Assembly: GCA_009859145.1 (NCBI GenBank)
Contig: VRVR01000012.1
Location: 310,001 to 374,000 of the forward strand
Direction of reading: 5' to 3'
From: Andalucia godoyi And28
Taxonomy: Eukaryota > Protista > Jakobida
DNA: 64,000 nucleotides
The position numbers were made by a program, and so were the translations under genes. Of the stretch, positions 10,188-20,694 are shown in pieces. Position 1 is the stretch's first letter. The number at the start of each line of letters is the position of its first letter. The notes beneath the pieces were generated by a model. That model was not told the DNA's origin. It ran no database searches and saw only the letters and a list, made by a program, of their open reading frames with translations.

Positions 10188-13100
10188 TTAAATGGATTCT
10201 TCGGGCAGGCGGCGGCGGCGGAATCGCACGAGTCGAATGAAGAACAGGTAAATGAAGCCGGAAAATGTAGCCAGCAGCACAGCGACCAGGAGGGGGGAGA
10301 GCGAATTGTGCCAGTTTTCAAACATGGATGGTTCATGCAAGAACCCACGTGGCGCAACCAGAGGGATCCAGGCGAAGTGAACAGGGGCATCCGAGTCAGG
10401 CTCCCCCGGACACTCCTGTTGCGGATTGTTCAGCGAACGAGAAACAGACAGGATGTCAGACTTTTGGTGCGGGTGAGGGGCGTCCGTGGCAAGCGGAAAT
10501 ATCGTATCGGAAGAGACAACGACGTAGTTTGACACGGAGAAACCGTCTAGCGAGCCAGTGAGAATAAAGTCCAGCAGCTGGGAAACCAGGAAAAAGCAAT
10601 TTTGACCGTCGAGCATCAGCGACGGACGATGATGTTCGTCGATGCATCCCGAGTCGGTGAACACTGAAACACGACCATGGAAAGCAAGTGGGTTTGCATC
10701 CAACATGCCGACCAGAAAAGGGCGATGGTTCCAATCAGCGGATAGATGAGAACGATCAGGCACATAAACGGAAAGAAGATTTTGCATTCCGTCGAATGGA
10801 ATCAGAAGTCCGCCTTCTGGAAATTCAACTATCTCGGTTGCAGACGCAACGGGGAACGAGTGCGTCGCAAACATCTCTCCACCCCCACCACCACCATTAC
10901 TACCACCTCCAGTGCTACTACTAGCACGGAAAACATTCCCAACGCCCTTGTAGACACCGCTTCCAAATTTGATTCCAAACCGACTTAGAAGACTGTTCAA
11001 AGAAGGTAGGTTGGATCCACCAGTCGACGGGAAGCGCTTGCCTCGGATGCTCTTGTCGTAAAATTCCAATTTTTCAATGATGTCGGAATTGTACCAGTCG
11101 GCGAGTAAAAGCAGTCCCAGTCCGCGACGCGATACATCGATTTCCAGTTTCGTGATTTCCGTACGAGAAAACTGGTCTTCAGGATCGACAATGATCAGAG
11201 AACCATAGTCCGACGCATTGAAGCACGTGAGAGGAGTGCGAAGAAGCTCAACAAAGTACGACGAGCGAAGAGACGAAAAGAAGTGGCGGTAATTTGTCAA
11301 CGGGTGGTCGCCCGACCAGTCCATCATATCCGACTTCACGTCAAGATCATCTCGTGGAAAATAGCCCAGTGGAAATTGCATGGAATGGTAAACGTCGAAC
11401 AGAAGGCGCCGACTGCGAGGCGGAGTTGCTCTGCATGGAATCCAGATGGGTATTTGCCCTGTCCGTCCTGACAGTCCATACAGTATGTCTCCTTTCACAA
11501 TGCACTGTTGCTGCTTCGTCTCGCCACCGTCCTCTGCGTAATGCAGCTCCGTCACCTTGACATGAGCAGCAATATATCCGGTGTAGGGCCAAAAGTCATC
11601 AGAATGTTCAAAGAACATCTCGACCTCGGCAGAAGTTTCCGATGGATCGACCACGAACTCAATGTATTCGATCTGGGAGGAAACAGCAGCTTCGTTTGCA
11701 ATGGTAAAGTTCAAAATAAACGGTTGTGCAGAAGGATAAATAGGGAGGAAATCACACAGTACGCCCCAGTACGCAGAACATGCCTGTTTTCCGGATGCTG
11801 GCTCGTTCCGTCCGTCAAATTTCGGTGGAAAAGACCCCAACTTTGCATCGGATCCGGAATCAGTGGAGGACAGCAGACGAAGCGCAGACACCACGTCGAC
11901 TGCACCCGCTCCTTGTTCCCACACCGTCCGATCAACGAGACGAGTTGCACTGGCCATAAGCATGCGCTTCCAGAAAACGGGGCTTCGTTTTCGAGGTTCC
12001 ACCGCGGATCTTTTTACCGAGCTCTGAAGCAGCAGCAACGACCCCGTGACAATCGGCGCAGCCAGAGAAGTTCCTCGGCCCGAAACACACTTGTCACCAT
12101 GCATGTTGAGTGAAAAAATATGCGAGCCGGGAGACAAGACGTCCGGTTTGGGACGGCCAACACCATACGGAAACTCTTGCACTGTGGAGCCTCTAGACGA
12201 AAAAGAAGCGACATCACGAGGATCACCAATACTCTTGTCAGAGGAATAGGTATCCGAAGAAGAAGAGAACGTCACTGGAGAATCCCAAGCGCCAACTGCG
12301 ATCACGGATATCTCGCTGCCAGGATGCGTCACGGTCCCCCACGTCGGACCGTCATTTCCAACTGCAACGACAATCGAGATGCCTGCCGCCGCAACCTCAC
12401 GAACCTTTTCTGCAAATGGCAGATCAAGATAATCAGGCCCGCCAGAAGACAGGTTCACTACATCTACATCCAGAGTCAATACATAGTTCAAAGCATCCAA
12501 CATCCAAGAAGTGTAGGATTCGTCTCGCCCAGAAAACACCTTCAGGACGTAAACTGTGGCATCCGGTGCAATGCCACCGCAAGCTGCAGAGGCAATCAAC
12601 GAAGCAACCGCGGTTCCGTGGCCCACGGTATCTGCGCAATCATGCACATCATCTGACGTCCAGTTTGTGCATTCAGCGTACCCATTGATATGTCCGGCCG
12701 CCCGTTCCGAAACTCCGGAATCCAGAATCGCAACCTTTGTTCCTCGTCCAGTGATCGAGAGCGAATGCAGCACGTCTGCACCAACTAAATGCGCAGGCAG
12801 CGAAGACTGCGTCTTCCTGTTTGCGATGCTCGAATGTACAGACAGCAAATTTCTCACTGCATCATCTTTCTGCCCTGTACTGTCCACGGAATGTTGGTGG
12901 ACAGCGGACAATCTTTGCGAAAACCGAGCATCTCGAGAAACAGAATGGATTTCTGCGAGTGGATGGCCGTTCACGAGTGCTGGTGCTGAGACTCCTCCTG
13001 AGCGTTCGGCATAGCCACGTGACAGATCCACCATATCCTCACAATGCACAGGAAGCACGAGAACAAAATGGTTCACTGCGGCGCACGACTTGCACTTGCT

Positions 13101-13388
13101 CGTCTCGACAGCATACTGACATTTAAGGAACCCAAAGTGTCGCGTGGCGAATGCAGACATCTCGGAACGAGAATGCCGGTCGCGCGTCATTACGACCCAT
13201 CGTTCCTGAAAAGAAGGAGAAGAAGGAGAAGAAGAAGAAGAAGAAGAAGAAGAATAATAATAATAAGAAGAAAAAGAAGAAGTTGCAACAAGTGCAAACA
13301 AAATACGCCAAGAGCCGCCAAGAACGACTGCAACAGTGACCAGAAGCAGCAATGAACGCGACACACGACTAGTCGCAAACTCCATCAT
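10188..13388 (-). CDS. MBTPS1: Membrane-bound transcription factor site-1 protease (SKI-1, subtilisin S8)
   Basis: Catalytic motifs VAILDSG, GHGTAVAS, GNDGP, GTSLAAP; S1P-specific EQGAG and YFPRDDL...DWSGDHPLTNY; N-terminal signal and C-terminal TM followed by a basic tail. Confidence 0.95.
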   Translation of the reverse strand: MMEFATSRVSRSLLLLVTVAVVLGGSWRILFALVATSSFSSYYYYSSSSSSSSSPSSPSFQERWVVMTRDRHSRSEMSAFATRHFGFLKCQYAVETSKCKSCAAVNHFVLVLPVHCEDMVDLSRGYAERSGGVSAPALVNGHPLAEIHSVSRDARFSQRLSAVHQHSVDSTGQKDDAVRNLLSVHSSIANRKTQSSLPAHLVGADVLHSLSITGRGTKVAILDSGVSERAAGHINGYAECTNWTSDDVHDCADTVGHGTAVASLIASAACGGIAPDATVYVLKVFSGRDESYTSWMLDALNYVLTLDVDVVNLSSGGPDYLDLPFAEKVREVAAAGISIVVAVGNDGPTWGTVTHPGSEISVIAVGAWDSPVTFSSSSDTYSSDKSIGDPRDVASFSSRGSTVQEFPYGVGRPKPDVLSPGSHIFSLNMHGDKCVSGRGTSLAAPIVTGSLLLLQSSVKRSAVEPRKRSPVFWKRMLMASATRLVDRTVWEQGAGAVDVVSALRLLSSTDSGSDAKLGSFPPKFDGRNEPASGKQACSAYWGVLCDFLPIYPSAQPFILNFTIANEAAVSSQIEYIEFVVDPSETSAEVEMFFEHSDDFWPYTGYIAAHVKVTELHYAEDGGETKQQQCIVKGDILYGLSGRTGQIPIWIPCRATPPRSRRLLFDVYHSMQFPLGYFPRDDLDVKSDMMDWSGDHPLTNYRHFFSSLRSSYFVELLRTPLTCFNASDYGSLIIVDPEDQFSRTEITKLEIDVSRRGLGLLLLADWYNSDIIEKLEFYDKSIRGKRFPSTGGSNLPSLNSLLSRFGIKFGSGVYKGVGNVFRASSSTGGGSNGGGGGGEMFATHSFPVASATEIVEFPEGGLLIPFDGMQNLLSVYVPDRSHLSADWNHRPFLVGMLDANPLAFHGRVSVFTDSGCIDEHHRPSLMLDGQNCFFLVSQLLDFILTGSLDGFSVSNYVVVSSDTIFPLATDAPHPHQKSDILSVSRSLNNPQQECPGEPDSDAPVHFAWIPLVAPRGFLHEPSMFENWHNSLSPLLVAVLLATFSGFIYLFFIRLVRFRRRRLPEESI

Positions 13389-13640
13389 CTCCTTTTTTCA
13401 AACATTCAGAATATATTTTGATTTACATACCTGGCCTTTTTCAATACTGAGCATGACTTCTCCTCAACAGCCAACAAAATCACCAAGGGATGAATGGAAG
13501 AATGGAAGAATGAACAAATGAAAAAGAAGAAAAAGAAAACAAGAAGGAAAAAGAAAAATGAGACGTCGAGTCTTCGAGGAGATTTTAATACTTATTTCAA
13601 TCTTCAGATGATGAAATTCAGTCTGTGTTTTTCGTCAGAT

Positions 13641-14645
13641 TTACTTCTTGTCGGGGACGACGGTGCCGGAAGCTCCAAGGCCAAGTGCGACCTTGACGGT
13701 GTCATAGATGAGGAGCTGTCCAGCGACCATTGCGGTCATCATGACGATACGCGGGCCGAGACCCGCCCACAACTGTCCATTTGCCTGTGTTTCCCTGAGC
13801 ATCTGGAATGTGTATTTCCACATACCCTGTGACTTTTGCTGCTGCCCCGCCCCGTCTGCACTATGCGCAGCGGCCGCGGCCTTGAACCCTTTGTTGATCT
13901 TGGAGAGCACGGTGTCGGCGGGGTGCGACGCAATGGCGGATGCGACCCCTGCAGCAGCACCACAGGCCAGTGAGACCGAGAGCTGTGTCGGTGCGCTCCA
14001 GTCGCTCTTCTTTTTGCTGTTTAGGATGTTCGTGTACACAAACTCCAGTGACTTTTCAAACACGGAAAGCTGAACTGCCGTGTAGGGCACTTGTTTGAGC
14101 ACCAGAGGCGGGAATCCACGGTACCAACCCTTCATGATTCCGCTTTCCTGGTACATTTTCGACAGCCCTGCAAACATGTTTTTCGAGTACGCTGGGTCTG
14201 CGACCATTCGAATGCGGATTGCTTCGAACGGAGTCAGGGCCACATCTGCAACGACTTCCGACATCGCAGCAGATGCCATGTACACAGCAAGTCGATGGGT
14301 CGTCGCAAAGTCCGAGCCGAGAACATTCGAAAACACAGACTTCAGAAGCTCGTAATTTCCATACTTGAGCGCACCCTGCACAAAGTAGCCCCCAAACGTC
14401 GCCCCAAACCCCGTCGTCAGAGCCCGCACGCCTTCCGTCCTTGTAATCGTCTTCACTCCATCCGTAAGACTCGAGTACACTCCCGGCGTAAGCTGCATCC
14501 GCGTCTTCACGACATCCACAGGAATCACATACACATGCGTAATCATCGCGCAGATTGCACCAGACGTCCCCACTCGAAACCACCGATCCAGAGTCATCGG
14601 CGGCTGACCTCCTGCACCTGCACCTGCATCACTCGATCCTCCCAT
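13641..14645 (-). CDS. SLC25A3: Mitochondrial phosphate carrier (SLC25 family)
   Basis: Three carrier repeats PVDVVKTRMQ, PFEAIRIRMV, HPADTVLSKIN; GYFVQGALKYGNYE and KQVPYT are typical of PiC/Mir1. Confidence 0.95.
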   Translation of the reverse strand: MGGSSDAGAGAGGQPPMTLDRWFRVGTSGAICAMITHVYVIPVDVVKTRMQLTPGVYSSLTDGVKTITRTEGVRALTTGFGATFGGYFVQGALKYGNYELLKSVFSNVLGSDFATTHRLAVYMASAAMSEVVADVALTPFEAIRIRMVADPAYSKNMFAGLSKMYQESGIMKGWYRGFPPLVLKQVPYTAVQLSVFEKSLEFVYTNILNSKKKSDWSAPTQLSVSLACGAAAGVASAIASHPADTVLSKINKGFKAAAAAHSADGAGQQQKSQGMWKYTFQMLRETQANGQLWAGLGPRIVMMTAMVAGQLLIYDTVKVALGLGASGTVVPDKK

Positions 14646-15333
14646 TCCCCTCGTCTCCTTGCCGATTACTTATCATACGCAAGCACGAACTCGGCACAGT
14701 AAAAAGACGGAAACCAGAAGAAGAAGCAAAAGTAAAATGAACATGGTGTCAGATACCGAGACACGAACTTGACGGAACGCGGGTCGCGGCGATGTTGGGC
14801 CCGTTGAGGCTGGATGCTGGCCCAAAAATAGGACGAGGGCTTCTTACACTCCGGAAAGAATCGCCCGTTGAATCGAATTTCCGGAGACGGTCCATAGGTC
14901 GCGATGGCTCGAAAAGGAAGCGCGAGTTGCCCAATACGGGTGCAGCTATTTCCATTTCCGTCCGCTTCCGGGATGCAAGACGACGCATTCCGCACACCCA
15001 ACTTCGAATCGACCTTTGCACACCCGACGCTACTTTTTTTTTGTGATGATGTCCAGCTGGCCGGTGCTCGGTGTCCAAAGATAAACACCACCCAACTTCA
15101 TTCGCTCGTTTAGTCGTTCCGTCATTTGCTTGGTTCTTTTTTTCCCCCCACTCTCCTTCCTCCTCGGTTCTCACCTCCACCATCCCTTCCAGCCTCCCAG
15201 TTCTCAGTTCTTGCGGATGGGGTTCATTCATCCGATTGTGGATGTGCTGCAGCACATTGCATCGCCACTGACTTCCTCGTGGGTCATCTACGGAACCACC
15301 AAGCTCACGCATGTTCCTTCCATCTCTGCCTAC

Positions 15334-16343
15334 ATGGCCGCTCGCTCCATCCTCGCCTCTCGCGGTACCTCGAGCATGCACCTTCCAGTGTCCCCTCCTC
15401 CTCGTCCTGCTCTTTCTCCTCTCCCCCCTCCTTCTTCTTCCGCTTTGTCTGGTACGAGTAGCAGCATCGCGACATCTGTTCCTGCAGCCTCTGCCGTGCT
15501 GATGCAAAAGAGGATGTTCTCCACCTGTCTCGCTGCTGCTGCACGTCCTGGTCCATGACGATCATCACGTTCACACTCGCATTCCGGCTGCTGGTCTTTC
15601 CGCTGAACGTCTCACTCGTCCGGAACGCCCGCAGGCTCTACAACATCCAGCCGCAAATCGACCACTATTCCAGGCTTATGCGTGTCCCGGAGGCACTCGA
15701 CGGCGGCACAGCCTCCCCTTCCGCCGTCGCAGCAGCAGCACCCCCCGCACCCCCCGCACCCGCCGCAACGGCAGAGGCAGAGGCAAGAGAAGGCGAATCG
15801 TTTGAGGAGGTAGCAGCAAGTCGAGTCCGAGCAGCGTCCTCACTGATGGCGCTGTTCAAAGAGCAAAAGTGCCATCCGCTGAAAAACGTTCTTTCGCCGC
15901 TGTTGTTCGCGCCGATGTTTCTGACGATCTTTGCGGCTGTGCACCGGCTCTCGGATCCGCACCCCTCCGCCGCCACTGCCGGTGGAGTCGAGCTGGCGAC
16001 GCAGCAGCACCCGGGAATCACGACAGAAGGAATGCTGTGGTTTTCGGACCTGACGGCCTCGGACCCGACGTTTATGCTGCCGGTGGTCTCGGCGATTACG
16101 TGGCTCATTACGATCGAGCTCGGGCTCCAGGGCGTGCCTGCGTGGGCGACGACGTCTGCCTGGAGGCAGATCGTCCGCCTCATCCCGCTGTTTTTCATGC
16201 CGATTACGTTCCCGCTGTCCTCGGGGGTGTTTCTGTACTGGCTGACTTCCAACGCCGTTGCAATCGCCCGCACCATCCTTTTGCGGTCCGCGGCTGTCCG
16301 AAAGTTCTTCCGTGTCCCCGATCTCGCCAAGACTCTTCCATGA
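15334..16343 (+). CDS. OXA1: Oxa1/Cox18 (YidC-family) mitochondrial inner-membrane insertase; proposed join(15334..15451,15511..16343)
   Basis: TLAFRLLVFPL, CHPLKNVLSPLLFAPMF, LWFSDLTASDPTFMLP, GVFLYWLTSN. The upstream presequence-like ORF is in another frame and can be joined by a GTACGA...CTGATGCAAAAG 59-nt intron (inferred). An alternative ATG lies at 15217. Confidence 0.85.
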
Positions 16344-16440
16344 CGTAAAAGACGGAGCAAGGAAGGGAAGTCGGTGCGTAAAGACCGAATTAAAAAAAAA
16401 ACAAAAAAAAAGAAAAACTGAGGTGGGGGGTTTCAATTTT

Positions 16441-16662
16441 TTAATTACAGTTCCGAGGAGAGAGCAATGTACAGACCTTCCTGGGCGCTCCACTGTACGT
16501 TCTGGGACCTGTCCTTGGCAGCATATACTTCTTGCTGTCCTCGAACACTTCCTGGTTCCCACTCAGCGGAGAAGCATGCAAGTGAGAGTGCAGGAGCGTG
16601 CGTGGCGGGCTGCGGAGACCTCTCTCAGAAACCCCCCGGAAAATATTAGCAGTCGTAAACAT
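16441..16662 (-). CDS. Possible small protein, 73 aa
   Basis: ATG follows a T-run and the stop precedes an A-run, so the ORF fills a GC-rich island; no homology recognised. Confidence 0.25.
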   Translation of the reverse strand: MFTTANIFRGVSERGLRSPPRTLLHSHLHASPLSGNQEVFEDSKKYMLPRTGPRTYSGAPRKVCTLLSPRNCN

Positions 16663-17123
16663 GAAAATACTACCAAAAAAAGAAAAAAAACGATCCGACA
16701 GTCACGTGCTGGCATCAATTGATCCTGAAATCGCTATGCTAAGCTACTAACGACCTCCACAAGAACCAGAATTCGAGATTGATCACAATTCCCAAAGGAC
16801 GGACCTTTTTTCATATCCAAAGTACTGCCGGGAAAACCCAATCGTTTCATGCTGAGCCTGTCATACCTTCCTCGTGTCTCGGCCTTTCCGTGTTTTCCGG
16901 TTTTTCGTTGTTGTTGATCGTTTCTGCATTTTCGTTTTCGTTTTCGTTTTCGTTTTCATTTTCGTCTTATCGTTTTATCGTGTTTTTTTTAAAAAACAAA
17001 CTCTTATTACCCGTTCTTTTGGGTTGATTAGAACGAGAGGATAAGCGGGGGGGTTTTGCTTTTTTCCCCACAAATAGTTAAAACTCAGAAAACAAACAAG
17101 CAAACAAACAAACAAAGAAGGAA

Positions 17124-20100
17124 ATGGCATCGAAACGAGGCCGTCCTTTTGAGTTTGGTGGACGAGTGGGCGTCGGAGTTCGAATCCGGCCTCCGTTTCA
17201 GCATGAAGTTGACTCGAGTGATTTTCAGGCGATCGTCAGGCCCGTTCACAACGATCATGCGGATACCGAGTACCCAACACAGATTCTTCTGTCTCACTCT
17301 GACTTTTCCGTATGTTGCGCATTGTTGCTATGCATCTTCTTAATCATCATCATTATTGGCGTTATTGTCGTCATCATACGTGCACGTGCACATGCATTTC
17401 AATTCATCGTCGTGAGTGTTGTTTTATGCAAGTGTTTACTTACCATTCCCACCATTTCCCCATTGTTTTTGACTGTGCACGCACGATTGGTAGGACCAAG
17501 CAAGAGAATTCAACTTTGACATTGCTTTTGGAGCAGAGATTCAACAGCATGAAGTATTCGCTACGATTGGGCAGCCCATCGTCGATGTATGTATTCTCGC
17601 TCGCTTTTCTTTCTTCTTTCCCAACAGTCCACAGGTCTTCCGTGTTCTTCCATGATCTTTCCTATGCTTATTCTTCTTTGCTTGTATCGCCCTCGCAAAT
17701 GATTTAGTGTGTATTGAATGGCCTGAATGGAACGTTGTTTGCGTACGGACAAACAGGTACGGGAAAGACGTACACGATGGGTATTCTCGGTCGCGTCCAT
17801 TCGCTGGACTCTGGTCTTGTTCCACGGTCCGTGGTAACGCTGTTTGAGGCTTTGAACGCTGCAAAAGATCGCGAGTGGACGGTTACACTGTCATTTCTGC
17901 AGATTTACATGGAAACGCTCATTGATTTGCTAAATCCGGAGTCAGCAAACTTGCTCCAGTTGCGTGAGAATCCGCAGAAGGGATTCTACGTAGAAGGGTT
18001 GCAAGAAATCGAGATTTTCAGTGTAGAAGACGGACTGGATCTCATCAATTTGGGACTGGAAAACAGAGTCATGGCCCCAACGCTGATGAATGCCACATCG
18101 TCTCGATCGCATACGTTGCTGACCCTGAGTCTTCGTCAAAGAAAAGGGAAAGAAGCAGCAGCTGCAACCGGTGCGCCGTCATCGTCTGCTGCAGGTTTGG
18201 CAATGATTCCAGCTTCGTCATCGTCGACGGTCACACATTCGAAGCTGACACTTGTGGATTTGGCTGGATCGGAAAGAGTGCGGAAGACCAATTCCAATGG
18301 GATGCGATTGGACGAGGCAAAATCGATCAACCAATCGCTGTCCACACTTGGAAACGTGATTGCGGCGCTCACGGATCCAAACAACCAACACACACCCTAC
18401 AGAGATTCGAAGCTCACGAGGCTGTTGCAGGACAGTCTCGGTGGCAATTCCAACACATTTCTGCTTGCGACGGTGGGACCATCGAAGGATTGTTACCAAG
18501 AAACCCTGAGCACACTCTTGTTTGCGCAGCGTTGTATGCATGTCAAGACGTATGCAGTGGTGAACGCGCAAGTGAATTACAAAGTTCTGTCCAAGGATCT
18601 GCAGCGAGAGTTAGAGGCCGTCAAGCACGAGTTTTTGGCCCGAGAAGCGGTCTTGTCTGCACGATATGAAACGCTTCTCAAGGATGTGTCTGCACAGCTT
18701 GCGTCGGCTGGTTTAGCCGTGTCTTCGGCAAGCAGCGCACCGTCTCCGCTGAGCTCGTCGACCCCAGGAGTCTCGTTTGGGGCTTCTGCGTCCGTCGCAG
18801 GGTATCCGTCGACACCGCAGGGCAGCCAAGATCCCGGCGGACTCCGCAAGGCTGCCGAGTCTGCGTGGAAGCTCGTGTACTTGTTGTACGAGACAGTGCA
18901 GGAAATGCATGAAACGTCTCGGAAGCCAGTGTCGGAGCAGTCGACACGAGACGCAGCAACCGTTACGAATCTTGCGGGCTCGGGTGGCAGCGCAGTGGTC
19001 AATGGTAGCACCAGTGCAGGCGGTGCAGGCGGACGGGCAAGCCCATCGGCAACCAAGGTTTCGTTGGATCAGTTCAAACGAGTGGAGGATTTTGTGCGCC
19101 ACATTCAGGAACTGAGACTGCGGACTGCCGGTCACGTCGAGTATCTCTCGTCGATTCTCCAAATCAAGGACTTGCAATTGACCCAATTGCGCTCCGAGCT
19201 CAATCGACATGAAACTGAAAAGGCAGAGCGGGATCGTGAACTGGCCAACTGGAGCAAGCTTCTCAAATATCTTCTCACGACAAATGCCACTCTTCGTCGC
19301 CAAATTCTGGAGCAACGCCAAGGTCTTCCGGTGGTCACGGTATCGACTGCGGATGCAAACAACAACCAGCACTCCGTCCATAATCCGTACTCCAACGCGG
19401 AGGACACACATAGTAACATTGATAGTACCAGCAGCCATAACCACAACAGGAGCAGCAGCAGGCGGAGTAGCAACAACGACAACAACAACAACAACATCAA
19501 CAACATCCTCAATAGTAGTAGTAGTATCAGTTTTCGTAAGGGCGGCTCGTTTCAGCCGTTGTTACATCTTATTAACGGAGTTGTTCTTTTGCAGCGACAG
19601 TTTCGCCGACGTCGTGCAAATCGCAAGATAGATCAAGAGCGTGCAGAGTCTCGTCGTCGAGAGCTCATTGTTCGGACATCAATGCAACACGCGTCTTTGA
19701 TGCCTGTTTCTGCGAATCCATCTCTTCGAATAGAGAGACAGTCATCGTCTCCCGAGCTTGTTCTGCCATCCACACCGTCTTCTTCCGTGGCTTCTTCTTC
19801 TACATACTCGTCCAGCGCACCGCGTCCAACCACTCCGACTTCATTTTCGTTGCAAAGTAGCTCAAAGCGCAGAGCGCCTGCAGGAATGGACGGCACGTCG
19901 TCTTCCTCTTCTCTGAACCGTAGAACGACTCGATCGGGATCGCTGAACATTCAATCCACACGGATTCCGGGTCTTGGGAACAACAACGGTCATTTAGACG
20001 ATCCACTTGCGGCCCTTCTCCCTCCCCCACGGAACACACATTCTTCAGCGTCAGTTTCATCAGCATCAGCATCCGCATCATCATCTCTATTATCGGCATC

Positions 20101-20407
20101 TTCCGGAATTTCGTCGCCTGCGTGGAATCTTAACATGAGCACGAGCACCACCGGAAGCCTGATGAACCATCCTCCAACACAGGTTTCTCTGTCATCATCG
20201 TCTTCATTGTTGTTGTCGAATAATGCAGGACTGGGAGGCCGTGAAACACCAATTCCAAAGGTTTCACCTTCGAATTCCGATGTCTCACTGTCCAGATACT
20301 CGGGTGTTCGAATTCTGGATGCAGAGGATGGCTCGGAAGCGGTCGATGACGAGGATCTGGCCACGTTCAGCCAGCTGGACGAATACCTCCGCCAAGTAAA
20401 GGCGTGA
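17124..20407 (+). CDS. Kinesin (N-terminal motor, coiled coil, IQ-like motif, Ser-rich tail); join(17124..17309,17494..17586,17708..20407)
   Basis: VGVRIRP, FNFDIAF, GQTGTGKTYTM, SSRSH, LVDLAGSER, HTPYRDSKLTRLLQDSLGGN; two GTATGT...AG introns keep the frame. Confidence 0.95.
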
Positions 20408-20575
20408 TTCCCGAACGACACCGGCATCCTGAACCACATCGACAAAATCATCGTCGGCAATCAGAACATTTTGTCACCAAAAACAAAACAACAAACAGAA
20501 CAAACAAACAAAAACGTCATCTATTGTAGGCATTTTTATTACAGTTCAATATAATATGGAGTTCATCACATGTGG

Positions 20576-20579
<4 letters not shown>

Positions 20580-20641
<62 letters not shown>
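20580..20641. repeat. (AG)31 microsatellite
   Basis: Direct reading; lies between the convergent kinesin and GPAT genes. Confidence 0.95.
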
Positions 20642-20644
<3 letters not shown>

Positions 20645-20694
20645 AAACGACAGTAAGAAACAGTAAGAAACACAGCAACTACCGAAACAAAGGT

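Noticed and set aside
13641-16343. Divergent phosphate carrier/Oxa1 pair and scattered flagellar genes considered as functional clusters
   Set aside because: Expected by chance in a gene-dense genome; no shared motif identified
16860-16895. ATACCTTC...TCTCGGCCTTT resembling the U2 snRNA 5' end
   Set aside because: Lacks GGCTAAGATCAAGTGTAGTA (branch-point recognition region)
17160-17185. GTTCGAATCC resembling a tRNA T-loop
   Set aside because: No T-stem pairing or cloverleaf; it encodes the kinesin VRIRP motif
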